64,000 nucleotides of DNA from Catajapyx aquilonaris (Eukaryota). Positions within the stretch are counted from its first letter, which is position 1. The number at the start of each line of letters is the position of its first letter. The notes beneath the pieces were generated by a model. The model was not told the DNA's origin, made no database searches, and saw only the letters and a list, made by a program, of their open reading frames with translations. Location: positions 1 to 64,000 of the forward strand of contig KZ537999.1 in the NCBI GenBank assembly GCA_000934665.2, given 5' to 3'. Below, one piece after another: positions 36,358 to 49,218 of this stretch. Position numbers and translations under genes: made by a program.

Positions 36358-38667
36358 TACATGTCCTGCTAAATGGCTGGGCTTAGATGTACATTTGGCA
36401 CTCGAGGAAAGATTCGCCCTACCCTCCATATAACATGCCGTGTTAAGCCCTCGATGGACATCTCTCCGCAGCTTCAGGATAGGTCGATATTTGCCACTGG
36501 TCTTGACGTGAGAATGACGTGGACATGCAACTCATTAACGTCAAGAGGGACTGGCTCGCTCTAAAAGTATACGCACTGTTCCTATATAGGCATACCTGCC
36601 TATCAAACGCTAAAAAGACCAGCAGATATCACGTATATGTTGTTGGTATTACTATCACCAGGTACTACAGGAGATGAAAAGTTAGGGCAATCCCCCCAAT
36701 TGTGCTCCGCATTTCCGATTTCCAACCCCGGAAGGCCAATCCTCCAATCACTTTTCTTTAATCCGTCCCTTCCCGAAAAAAGGGTAATAGGCTCGACCGT
36801 GCCCCCCTTGCCCCCCCCCCCCTCCCAATATTGCTTTATCGATCTCTAACTCCTCTTTTTTTCGCAAGCCACCACCACCACCACCACCACTTTTGCCCTT
36901 TTTTTAAAACTCGGGCGATGATATCGCCGGCAGCCTATCATTCAGCGTGTAAAAGAAGTGTATATGGGGCGTGGGCATTACGTCATAATGGCTTCTGCCA
37001 CTGCTATAACCCAGAAAACGACGGTATCAATTGCACGCGACTATAAGTGAGAGGGACGGACTCTCCTAAAAAAAGAAGGTAAAAAACGAGGCTTATAGTC
37101 CTCCCCCCCCTCCCTCCTCAGATTATATCTGACCAAATAAGAATGAAAAGCAGCTTGGTTTATTGCGCATAAATCTGTCCGTACTTTACAAGGGACATGT
37201 CCAAACATATTAGGGCGACTGTGCATAACAATAAGAGCAGCTTGAGAGAGAGAAAGAGGATGTGGGACGATAAGTCTGGCCCGATTGCAATCTCAACAAA
37301 AAAGAAGATGGAGAAAAAAAGTGAGAGAAAAAGAAGAAGAAAAGGCAGCTTGTTCTTGGCGTGAGGTGCATTCTGGGTAAATGAGGCAGACGAATGGGAC
37401 AGCCCACTTCTCGTGTTCAATGGACGGAACAGATGGAAAGAAGAAGAAGAGAAGCGTGGAGAAGAAGAAGGTGGGAGGGAGGCAGAAATGGCATAAGGGA
37501 ACACGACGCCGATGGGAAGGAGAGAGGGGGAAAAAACCAGGAAGTAAAAAAAGATGGCGAATCTAACTTGCTGACAATAAGGCTGAAAATACTAGCGTAA
37601 CATGCCCATTTTCTATGGATGAAAAAAGTTTAAGAGGGTGTAGTTACATTGGGGTCTTTTAGTAACTACAGGCTGTTACACAACCATTTCTATTCTGAGA
37701 ATTTTATTGGGCATTTGCAGACATGTTATCGCCAAAATTGGGCTCAAAACACAGAGTTATCCTGGCGGGTATGCGTCCCTTCAAGCGAAACTCACAAGAC
37801 ATACAATGCCCGCAATTTTTTTGGCCAATAAAATACGCAAATGTCACTTACTATCGAACACATAAATTTTCAACAATGCAAACATCGCAAGTAGAGTTGA
37901 ATGAACTCTAGAAATAAGTCCCAGTTGTGCCTGATTGAAAGTGCGACGTGTTTACTTATTTAATACACCAGGCCCTGTGGGTATTATTATCTGCGTACAG
38001 TGCTCGGAATATTTGCAGGATTCCGGTGTACAGTCCAACAGAATCCGGAGAACCCATAAGTAATCCGGTGGGTCCATTTGCTTCCGGAAAGTATCTTTGG
38101 ATGCATTGATCCCCATTATATATATAAAAAATCTCCTTTCAAATATTAACCTCCTAATAGATCAATTCCACGTTTTTCCCTGCGGATTCCAGGAGAACGG
38201 GCCCAAATCCCGAGCGCTACAATTTTCCTGTCCTCGAGCGACCAACCAATGGCATGACGGCCATGGATAATAATAATAGAAAAAAAAATAACCTTAGCAG
38301 AAAACCGTTCCTGCGATCGGTAATTACAGTAATGCCGCTTCCGAAAAGGAATCGACCGCTTTCGCCGCACAAAGGGATAATCCTAGACTCGTTTTCCTGA
38401 TATGCGAGCACAAGCTCTACTTAACCAATAACCATGTTTGCTTTAAGATATATAGAGAGAAAAAAAATTGTGAGAAGGGGGTATAGGGCGGGAGGGGAAT
38501 AAACCAGTCGAGTAGACAGCAGGTATTATTATGACATGACAGCTGCATGGGCGGGGTCCAGCTAAGTACAAAGGGGGCAAAGCCCTGCCTAAAAAGTGAA
38601 TACCAAGCTCTTGCCACAGAGCAATAACGGTAATGATATTAAGTGCAAGTTGTAGCAAGTTGCGTCA

Positions 38668-38684
38668 CCAGTAGATGGCAGCAC
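38668..38684 (+). promoter_or_regulatory. CTCF-like motif
   Basis: CCAGTAGATGGCAGCAC, identical to 825-841 but with unrelated flanks. Confidence 0.55.
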
Positions 38685-40598
38685 ATACCCTCTAAAAATA
38701 ATTTCACTGCTAAGAGCTTTGGATGTATATTCAAACTATCTGGACTTGTGTATGTGTGCACTTGGAATCACTGCAAAGTCGTTACTCATCTCGTCTTAAT
38801 TTGCAAATCAAGACGCGGAGTTTCCAGCAAGGGGTGAGGGGGGGATGGAGAGGTGTAAACGCTCCAGCTGTTTGGATAAATTATAGAAGCTTGCTTTGCC
38901 AGCCAGCCAGTAGTTGCTAGAGAGCGAGAGGCATTGGGCCAAAGAACGCGCGAAATTTCCTTCCTTCTCGGCTGGCGAATATTCACAGAGTAATCAGGCC
39001 GGATCCAAGCTCCAGGGCAACACCAGCAGGCAGGAGTGTTTGCCAAAATATGACCGTTTGCTGCTGATGATCTCACTTGTGCCGGAAGGATGCTTGATGT
39101 AGGACCAAAAGATGCAAGGCTGCCAATGTCCAATGAAAATGTGCCTGTACTGGTAGCAAGCACAGGTGCGTTTAAATTTTTGACATTGTAGAAAAATGGC
39201 GGAAAGGTGTCAAAAGGACTTTTTTTTCCATCCGTTTTGAATACGCAAACTTGTGGGGAAATCCCTCTTCCTCTCAAATTAGATTCACTTTGAGATTTCC
39301 CCGGAGGACTTTTGCAGCTATGATTTACTACCCTCGCGTGTCTAGCTGGTGGCTAGCACCTTCCCCCAAACTCCCACAGATGATGCGGGAGAAGTCTACT
39401 AGAGAGACTCCAAGAGATAACACGCAGGCTGGAAATTCATCTCCGGACCTCAACTTTGGATCTAGGACCCTGATGGGTTGTACGGTCCTGACCTAGGTTT
39501 AGGAGGAACACGATGTTCCGAGAGGGAAAATCTGCTAGTCTCCCTTTTTGCTTTAATTGCATGGTGTAATCAGGCCGAGAGATAAACTGCGAACTTAAAC
39601 AAGGTCAGATTGTGGTTTATACTGGGAGATCTCAGGCAATTTAGATCGTGAAGCTTGGATTTTTTTTCTTCAAAAATTGTTTTAAAAAATGCAACGCAAT
39701 ATGAATTTTGAGAGTTTAAATCCGGATTGTGTAGTTGCGAACCTCTCCTAACTTGAATAACCTGAGGGCATTCCCAGTGTAAAGCCATGCGTGAACGCCT
39801 CCTCCCAACCCCCTTGAGGAAGCAAAGCCCCTCTGCATATTTTGGCATAAAAATTCCGCAATGGGAGAGCCCCTGTCATAAAAAATTCAGTGTGCGGCCT
39901 GGTCCCAGGCTTGCTTGCACTGTTAACCCACTTCTGGCAGGGCGAGTTATATCTTTAATGGCTCCTTGGACGTCAACTCCAAATAGAGACATCTTGACGT
40001 GTGTGCCAATACCCCTTGACTTTCACGTCCGCAAAAGGGCAACGCAACTGACCCCGTGGTGTCTCCCCCGCAGAGACTTGCAGCCCTGCAGGATATGTGT
40101 AAAAGAAAAGCTTCAACTTGTCAAAATCGCTGCCACCGACAGATCTGGACCCGGGATCGACAGGGCGAACCACGCCCAAACGCAACACTCGAGTCACAAA
40201 TTACTCCGAGCATTGTTATGGTATATAGTGACTGACGCAATTTCGGGGTCGACACTCATTTGTGCCGTCTCAGTAGATGCAATCAAAGGCTTTGTAGGTC
40301 TCTTTTTTTCATTGAAGGTGTCTAATCTCTGTGTGCTTTGATGCCGTTCGAAAGGGACAAAAGCCAATTGCTTTCTAAGACTTTTCAGCACTTTCACTGC
40401 TCCAGCATACCAGCCACCGTGTCCCAGATACTTGCGTGAGAAACACAATGTGTGTTGCACTCACCTGCTCTCAATATATGAAACGGACGACTATAAAAAA
40501 CTAATGCAAGCTATTATAAAAAATTAGCTGCCGAATGGTTGCATATATACGTAAGAGAGCAGTACATCTCTCTTGAAAAATGCGAGGAAATAAATTGA

Positions 40599-40809
40599 CA
40601 GGGCTCGACCGATATTTTTCATTTTACAGTGGCCATAATATTTAAAACGCGGATTGGCTTCCCGGTGTATACACCTGGTCATAAAATGCAGCCCCAGCAG
40701 TTTACAGTGCGGATAACATTATTTTAGTGCGGACCGTAAAATTAGAGGGTCCAACTATACGCGCATCAAGGTCAATATAATCCGGACAAAAAATTCGGTA
40801 CAGGCCCTA
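40599..40809. mobile_element. Possible old MITE
   Basis: CAGGGCTCGACCGATATTTTT versus AAAAATTCGGTACAGGCCCTA as imperfect terminal inverted repeats; no clear TSD. Confidence 0.25.
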
Positions 40810-43800
40810 CTCATAAAGAGCTCAGCTGAAAAGTGAACCAAAAAAGGGGGGGAGCGATTGAAGGTTCAATCCATTTAAGCGAGCAAGACCCCCCTTCAAT
40901 TGCTTCTATTCCATGCATTTGGAGGTCATCGCATATTCGATATAGACTATCCGCACGCACCCGATTCAGGCCATACCTTTAAATAATTTGGTTTAGTTGA
41001 AGGCCTTTTTAGTTGAGATGTACTATACTTTGTGTGCTATGTTTGTACCATTCATTTCCTTATTTGAGTTGCATGTTGAAGTTAAAATTTCTTGCAGTTT
41101 TTTTGTAGTTAACATAGTCTTGTTATTATGATGTACGGTCGTTGCCACACACTTTCATAATAATTCTCCCAGAATGCGGAATCGCTTTCCCTTTTTTTCG
41201 CCATAAAACGTCCCTAATGGGCATGCGGACAGAAATGCAACCGTTTTCTCACACCTGCTCTAACACATCAAGCCCTGAGGCTCCTGAATTGGCCCCCTTT
41301 TCCGTACGAAACAATTTGCCGTCTTTATAGAAGGGGGAGGAAAAAGGTTGGCTTAGCAGGAGGCCCCACAGTGATTTGCACCTAATTGAATGGCAATTGA
41401 TGGGAAACATCAAGGGAAATAACTCCCGGGCCTTTTGCTTATATTCGGCTTGGCTCTCATATAACTCCACCCGATGCATAATGCCTGGCATTATGTTGTC
41501 GGAGTGAAAGGTGTGCGGCGGCATCGCCAAAGTGAAACCCCCTTACCCCACCCAACCACCCCCCCAAAAAAAGAATGAAAAAAAATGTGGCCCACGCCCA
41601 TAACAACCCCCGGTCCTTGGAGGATTACTTTTGCCGGTGTGACAAACAAGGCTGCCGCCAAGATTAATATTATCCTCTCTCACGGGCTACCCTCCATCCC
41701 ACAACTAAACTAATTAACAAGATTTGTTCCCAAACCCACCCTCACCTCCGTTCAAAATAGGATCAGGGAATTAACCTCGAGTGAATCAACTGATGCCTTC
41801 CGATCACCCGTAAAACGACCGGCCTTTATTCCAGCGCAATACCCTCATGTGTACTCGGTTTTTCCTCAATAAACAAGAATGAGCAGCTGCCCCATTCAAA
41901 TGAATTGCTTGGCCTTCTGTGAACAGGAGTGAAAAAAACAACAACAGTGGGCCACCGGCTTGTCCTACACGTACCAAACAATGGTCGGAGTTAATAGCAC
42001 GATTGGTATCCTGAAATTGCAAAGTATAGATAGGTTAGAAAAAAAACAGGCTATGTTGTCAGAGAGAGGGGTGGTGGAAAAAAAACCGGTTTGTTTCGAT
42101 GGTGTAGTGGTGGTGGTGGGGGTCCTTCACATGCTGGAAATGGGTCAATTTGGGCGGGACACTGGCCCCGGGGCGGGAATTGGATAGGGCGGGGGTGGCA
42201 AGGCGGCAAAAGGTGGCCGGAGTCAGACGCTGGAGAAAATGATCACGCTTTTGTTTTCTTTCTTTTCCGAGGCATTGCTTCACGCTCACGTAATGCGTGG
42301 GAGGAATCTGTGGGAGGATAAGGAAATAGAATTAACGAGAAAACCTGTGGAGATGGGGAAAAAATTATTGTTGCACAAATAATTTCCTACTTTTACTTCA
42401 CAGGACGTGAGAGTAAAAATGATCGCAATCTCGAAGAAAGTTTTAGCCAGTAAGGAACACTATTGTTGTTTTCGTACTTGTAATTAATTGTGGCGACATA
42501 AAGCGACGACTTGCATTGGACGCAACAGAACCTTAGATGATTTATTGCTCCGAATTTATTTATTTGCTTTGTAATTTACATTCTGATGAAATATTGTCAC
42601 CCCTGCCGGTACAACAGTGACATATCAAACGTGTTTGAAGCAATAACAGCTCTCTAGTTAAACTGGTTGGTGAACATGGACTCTGCACCACCCTGTGCTT
42701 TAGCGCAAAGGTTCGTGCACTTTTTTTTTTGCATTACAGACTGATATAGCCATATTAGTACTCAACAAATTTGTAGGCCACTGTTGCCCAACAATGACCC
42801 GACATGCGATCTGGCCTTGGCCGGAAGGAAACGAGTCGGTGCTCCGTTAGTTAGCGACGCGAGGCACGTTCCGGGCGTAAAAATCGCACTCGATTTGAAC
42901 CGCCGATAATCTCTCCCAGTGTTCGAACGACCCGGACTCAACAATAAATAATATAATAAACAAAGGAGAAGCAAGAACAGCTCGTAAACGCTCATTGTCA
43001 TTGATAGCCCCCGCTACCTTCGATCCTTATCAATTGGCCTGCTCCACAAATTTGTTCTCTTTTCTTTCCTTCCAACCGATAGATGGCAACACACTGGTCC
43101 CGAACGGAATAAAACAGGGCTGCCAAATTGCACTTTTTTTTCCCTTCATTCTTCTTTTCTTTCTTCCCTGATGCATGGGCAGCACGAGGGCAATCACGAC
43201 TCTCAGATACGACCTCAAACTTCGAGAGTGAAAGTTTGGTAACGGGAAAAAGCAGGGTGGAGGGAAGGTGGTGGGTGGTAATCCATTTTTTATCATTTTC
43301 TTAACAAGGGTTTGGCGGTGTTGCCATTTTTGGATCGCTCCCAATCTAACAATATACAGAATGAATTTTGACCGATTTTGTCATATATATTGAGAGAGTT
43401 TCTGTCACCTGAAAAGGCAGTCAAATTGTTTACAATATTTTAACCCCCCAAACTGAAGTGTGGGTTTTTGTATGTACCTGCTGGTTACCACCTGTCAATT
43501 ACCATCCGTTAACTAGTTTTTCCCCCCTCCCCTTTTGTTTCAAGAGTCTTCCTCGACCCATAGGAACCATTTCAACCCACAACACGTTTGAGCAAATGAT
43601 CCTCCTCCTCCTTAAATTCTTCCCCCCTCTCTGCATGTTCCCTCTTATTCTGAATTCGATCCCGGCAGACGCCAATTTTGTAGGTGTCCCATCATCCAAG
43701 CCGTGTGCAAACTACATGCCAATCGCATGCCTAATATGGCAGGATAATGATAGTTGTTGGCAAGGGTGAAAGAGGAGGGGAATCAAAATGGGGGCTTGGC

Positions 43801-45599
43801 GACCTTCAACGCCTCTAGGTTTCTTCCTAAACACAAATTTATGATCGGAAACCAAATTTGATGAAATTGTTGCAAAAAAAATGTGTCATCGCATATTCAT
43901 TAGACAAATGAGAAAGGTGCGCGCTATTATTTCTTTTTTTTCCATGCGAAACAAGCGTGATTAATACATCTTCGTGTGCGCATCAAGGCCGGGTCGTTCT
44001 CGCCCAATTTCGCACGCGCAATTTGCAAACCACGTTGCAGCAACAATCCGCAATAAGTCAGCCTCCCCTCCCCGATATATAAAAAGAGCTTGGAAAAAAA
44101 GGCAAAAGGATTGTCTCTGCAGGTCGTGTCTGGCCTGACGGAGAAATGAGAGGAGAAGAGGTCAGGAATGGGGTCCACGCTTTAATTGGCGGGCGAGACG
44201 AAGATCGTGAGAAAAAAGTATGTCGGATTCAATGCTGTGCATCTGTCTCTCTCAGAAACTACTTTCACTGCATGCCTTGCAACCCCCTTCCACCCCCCAA
44301 AAAGTTCATTTTCTGTGGGTCCAACCCCTAGCAACCGATGCGGGTAGACAGCGCGACTTCTTCCTCTAAAAAATTCAGTGCACGCTCTTCTTTTCCGACC
44401 AGCTTTTGGTGGGGGAGGCTTTGCTGTTATGAGTCTCTTGGGGAGGACAAGGGTGTTCGGGGTCCCTCCTCCTTCTATTCCACTTCCTCCAGAAAACAAC
44501 AGGCCTTTCCGACATCTGCGGCCATTGCCTTTTTGGTGGGGGCCACGGGGGCGATCATAGAGCAAAGAGCAATTGAACCATGGAATCGGAAAACGGGCTG
44601 TGTTACATGTTGAGTCCTGACCACAATTTGTCCCATTGAGCCCCTAATCTGACGACGGGATCACATTTTTCAGTCTGTTTTACTGCCGGACACCTACCAG
44701 TTGTATCACACACAAAAAACGGGACCGTTCGAGGTTGGAACGAACAAAAGGTGCGGGTTGATGGCAAAGAGCACACGGAGGGTGTCCCTCAGACCAAGGG
44801 GGGTTTGAAGAAAAAAGGAAGCGGCTAGAGTGAAATTGATGGTGGAAAATGCGCGGGAAGGAAACCCATGGGTTGGGGGTTCGACCCCCCTCAGGGTCAC
44901 CTGAAGGAAAAACCCAGGACGAGTAGAGTCCTGAGGCGGGCGGAGTAGGGCAGTAAATCGCTTCTCTTTTCCCCCTACACCCTGTACCCCCTTGTCTTCT
45001 CTTTATGGCCTGGCTTTTTCCATCCACTCTTCTCTAGTACCACACCCCCCCAGACCAAAAACCAACTTTCGCCGTTTTCCATTGCTAAGGAAGGTAGGCT
45101 CGAACCTGGAAGGGGATGGCTCGGACCCGACAGACAGACAGCGTTTTGTTTCCCATCTCCTCCCACTTTTATTTCCCTTTGTTTCTCCTTCCGACACATC
45201 GCCATGGAAAAGGCAAGGAAGGAGCCCGCTGTGCGCATAAACAGCAGAGGACCCTTCGCAGCTCCTTCCCTTGCTTCCACTTAAAATACAAGTGCGAATA
45301 ATGCTCGGGAAATTGAATTGTACTTAAAGGTGCAAGTATTACCTACAGTATACATGTGCATCATTTCATAGCTCTTAGTACGTATAATAATGAGTACAAA
45401 ATAATAATAATAAACTAAAGTATACGTGACACCACATACATATTCGGGTGTCTAGCTGTAATTTATGTACTGTACAATCATACGGATAGTTTATTATTAA
45501 TATATTCGTACAGCATATACATTCCCGTAATATGCATTGAACTCTGCATTACTTTGCACACATAGGTCTGCTGTACTAGTACAACGTACGGTATGCATG

Positions 45600-46025
45600 T
45601 ACGGGCATGTGAAGTGGGGCATTTTTAAACGTGATGGCGTTCGAGAAGTGGAATTTTTATTTCATGGCGTATGAAACATTCCGTGAATAGTATATGAATT
45701 ATTTTATTTAATATTTCAGTGTGAGCGAGAGTTTTCTGAAAATTAGTAGAGCACAGCCAATCAAGCGCCGCGCCGTTCAAAAATCATGAGTTCATACGGA
45801 AAAGTGCATATATGGATGGAAGAGCAATTCGCCCACTCTGGCATGATACATTTTCATTATATAAGCGGGCTCTATTGCAATAAGCTATCCATATGCTAAA
45901 ATCGAAGAGTATTTTTGAAAAATACAAATTTTATGACGCCTAAAATGAACATTACATCTAGCGTAACATGTAAAATGTCCAAAAAAATTAAATGTTTCTA
46001 GTACTTCAATATTTTCACAGCCCTA
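45600..46025. mobile_element. Possible old MITE with long degenerate inverted arms
   Basis: TACGGGCATGTGAA at the left versus TTCACAGCCCTA at the right, with further patchy inverted similarity inside (e.g. GGCGTATGAAA versus TTTTATGACGCC). Confidence 0.3.
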
Positions 46026-47796
46026 ATTTTTTTTTGCGAAATAACAAGTATACAAAAGAAATATTGACCTATAGTCCCATCTGAGCTTATACTTATTTTG
46101 TGTAGATTCAACGCCCACACAAGTCAGCTATTTTTAACAGAAATATTCAAGACGCCAACGCATCAGCAGGACTAGCATAAATCGGATTTGTCATCACATT
46201 GCGCCTGTGCTTAGCTATACGCAAGCGGAAATAATACATCCGCCTAAAAAAATTGGTTAAAAATAGACTGCGTAGATCTCCCGAACATAAATTCAATTCC
46301 GCGCGTCATTTCCAGGCAAAAATAGGAACGAAACAATCTGCGTTGCCATAACAATCCCCCGTCGCCATCTGCCCCCCTCTTCCTTCTCCCCCAAAAAAGA
46401 GGCAAAAAGAGCGGTCCATCTTTTCCCTTTCACCCATCTCGAGTCCTGAGGTCGCCAAGATGATGCGATGCTATCTTTTATGGAAAACGAGTCCATGGTC
46501 CCTTCACCTCACCCTCAAAACCTTTTTTCTTTATTTTTTTCTTTTTTAAAAAAAGAGGGAGGTGGGGAGGGGGTTATTCCACCTTCCATCTCTCTCACCC
46601 TTCTTTTTTTTCTCCCCATTCTTTATGAGAGAGTAAGTCACAATATTTGGTCATCAATGCCAGTTGGGCCTCCGACTCACAAAAGCTGGCCCTGAAATTC
46701 ACGAGCGGGCTCTTCACAACCAATGGATGATGGTCTTCCAAGAACTAAAATAAACGACGGGAAGGGGGAGGAGGAGTTGTGGGAGAGGGGGAAGCAAAAA
46801 ATATATGTATTATCAGTTGGCCACATCGTTATGAAATCGTAAACAAACACTGTTGTCGTCTCCTGTAACGTAAATGGCGAGTTGTGTTCCTTATAAGCCC
46901 AACCCCTTCTCGGTCCAAATGGCACCTACCACCAAAAAATGGAGAGTGTTAATATGATCAATGTGCGCAGCTTGAATTTCCTCCCTGTAATTATTACTCT
47001 ACCGGTTAACGATCTTCACAGTATTACACCAAAAAAAAAATATCGAGGAAAAATACCTGACCAAAATGTACAAATTTTTTACGCAAGTATAACCATCCAT
47101 CAGGTCATATTAACTCATTTCCAACATTTTCATACATTAATAACAATAATGCAATTATTAAGGGAGTGAATTTTATTAATTAAATTCTGTAGATATAATC
47201 ATATTCACGACTAAACGTGTAACGTATTAAGCATGTAGTTAAGTAAACTTTAGAGTGAGAGAATCATTATTTTTTGATCATTATCACAACATAATGATTC
47301 GGGGTCCCTAATATTAAATTAAGAGTGACCTGCTGTGATTCTCATGCTTTTTTTTCAATATTTTGTTTCCCACCACGTTCGGTAGGAACACACATGACGT
47401 AATTAAAAAGTAAATAACAATGGATCGTAAATCGCAATTATAAGGGGAGATTTCCCATACTGTTGGCTTATAAGAAGCGTACACTATTTTTAAAATAATG
47501 CTCGGTAAATGCATGTGTACTGGGCAAGGCCACGTTCGTTTCCTGGCGACCTTATACAACCATTATATTCATTAACTTCGCTATTTTTAACAAAATAAAC
47601 GCTAAGAATGGGAGCAACAATAATAGAACCTTCGACAAGAATAAATCACGGCCCAAAAATAGGCTGATTTTAGTCGAATCTTCCACCGATCATTTCCGGT
47701 CCTATTCTTGTCCCAGCAGCTCACGGATAAATTGCTCGAAATTGCACTGCTACCGCGGTCCATAGCAACCTAAAATATTATTAGCCACAAAATCCA

Positions 47797-47900
47797 GGAT
47801 AATATCTTCCCAGCAGCAAATGTAAAGAGAAGTATGTAGACCTCTTTAAATTGTTGTTGTAGTTGCTTCTTTTTACACTGGTTGCTGGAGAAAACTATCC
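47797..47900 (+). other. Imperfect ~100-nt hairpin (structured RNA candidate or decayed MITE)
   Basis: CCAGCAGCAAATGTAAAGAGAAGT (47810-47833) pairs with GCTTCTTTTTACACTGGTTGCTGG (47865-47888) at 22/24 positions including 3 G-U pairs; outer GGATA/TATCC closure. Confidence 0.5.
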
Positions 47901-48970
47901 ACTCTCCTCACATGTTCATTCATCATTTTTGCCAACAAACGTGATCTATCTATACAATATTTTTAGTTGGTATTCAGGTCTGACAGCAGGTATGCTATGT
48001 TGATGCGTCACTTTTTTTTAAAAAAAAACAACGAATAATTCAACACGGCCAGAAAATCAGAGCAATTATGCCATAAACTAATTAATGGCCGAACCGACCC
48101 GCAATGTTTACAGACAATATTATCACTCGTATATTTTTCATGGGAATAATAACCCAATTATAATTTTTTTTTGCTTCCCGCCCGTCAAATAAGTTGTTTA
48201 GCACCAATACGCGGTGACGCAATCAATTGAAAATTACGCCCATTACTGTTTAACGAACGCGCCGGACTGAATGATGCAGTAATAAGTAATAGTCATTTTT
48301 TAGCTCAATTGTAGCACACACCCCCCCTGCATGTTTGGACTGAAATGAATTCGACCTTTCAATTCGGCCACTTGCTCACTCATTATTTCAAGCCCCATTG
48401 TTTCGCACAATAACAAAGTGCCGGCTACTAAAAAGCCTCGAAAAAAAATAACGCTAATTAAAAGGATCAATATTTTTGTTCCATTTTCAAAAATTTGCTC
48501 GTTGCACTGTACTGTATACCGGTCCAGGTGTGGACAAAGATGTCCAGGTGCGGACATGAACGGTTCCTCCAGAGATGGAACCTGGAGATAGACTCCAGCC
48601 AGCAGCAGAAGGAAAAGGGCCGTGAATCCAATAGAGTCCTTGGAAAATCCTGCTGCTCCAGATATATCTTATCCCGGAATCGCATCTAGGTCCATATTAT
48701 TCCTCCCAAAATCCGGATCCGGGAGACGGGACCAGAAAACCCGTCTCTCAGACCGACAACAATACTTGGAAGCGAGATACGCATCTTTTTTTCTAGTCCC
48801 AAGTTTCAGCTGCGGCGGTAGAAATTCCTAACTATACGATGGCTTTCCGATATGTTTCCTGCCAGCGAAACACGCTGCTAAGGTTAGACATACCAATATT
48901 GTGTCCGGTTGGTTGGAAGGTAGGCCAACAATAAGGCAGAAAATAACAAAAATGTGTGTATAAAGGAAAA

Positions 48971-49218
48971 TCTTACATTATATATAAAGCAGAAAGTTTG
49001 TCCTTATATATGTCATTGCTATTTAACTCACTTCCGGACTACTGAAACTTGGCTCGCCCCGCTGATTAAGGGAAATGTCCAAAAAACTGCACTTTTGTGA
49101 GGCTAAATTCATCAAAATTTAGGATTGATTTGGGTCAAAAGTTTGGTATTCACTTGCAGAAATTGCACAAACTTCCTTTATTTCTCAATTCCCTTACGAA
49201 GAACGGGTCCACTGCTAG
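48971..49218 (+). mobile_element. Non-autonomous Helitron (~248 bp)
   Basis: Starts with TC (TCTTACATTATATATAAAGCAGAAAGTTTGT) after an A and ends with CTAG before a T. A subterminal hairpin CCCTTAC-GAA-GAACGGG (49191-49207) lies 7 nt before the CTAG. No TSD, as expected for a Helitron. Confidence 0.7.

Noticed and set aside
47818..47839. Resemblance to miR-1 (AATGTAAAGAGAAGTATGTAG)
   Set aside because: The seed GGAATGT is absent, there is a 2-nt insertion, and it sits on the 5' arm whereas miR-1 is a 3p product.
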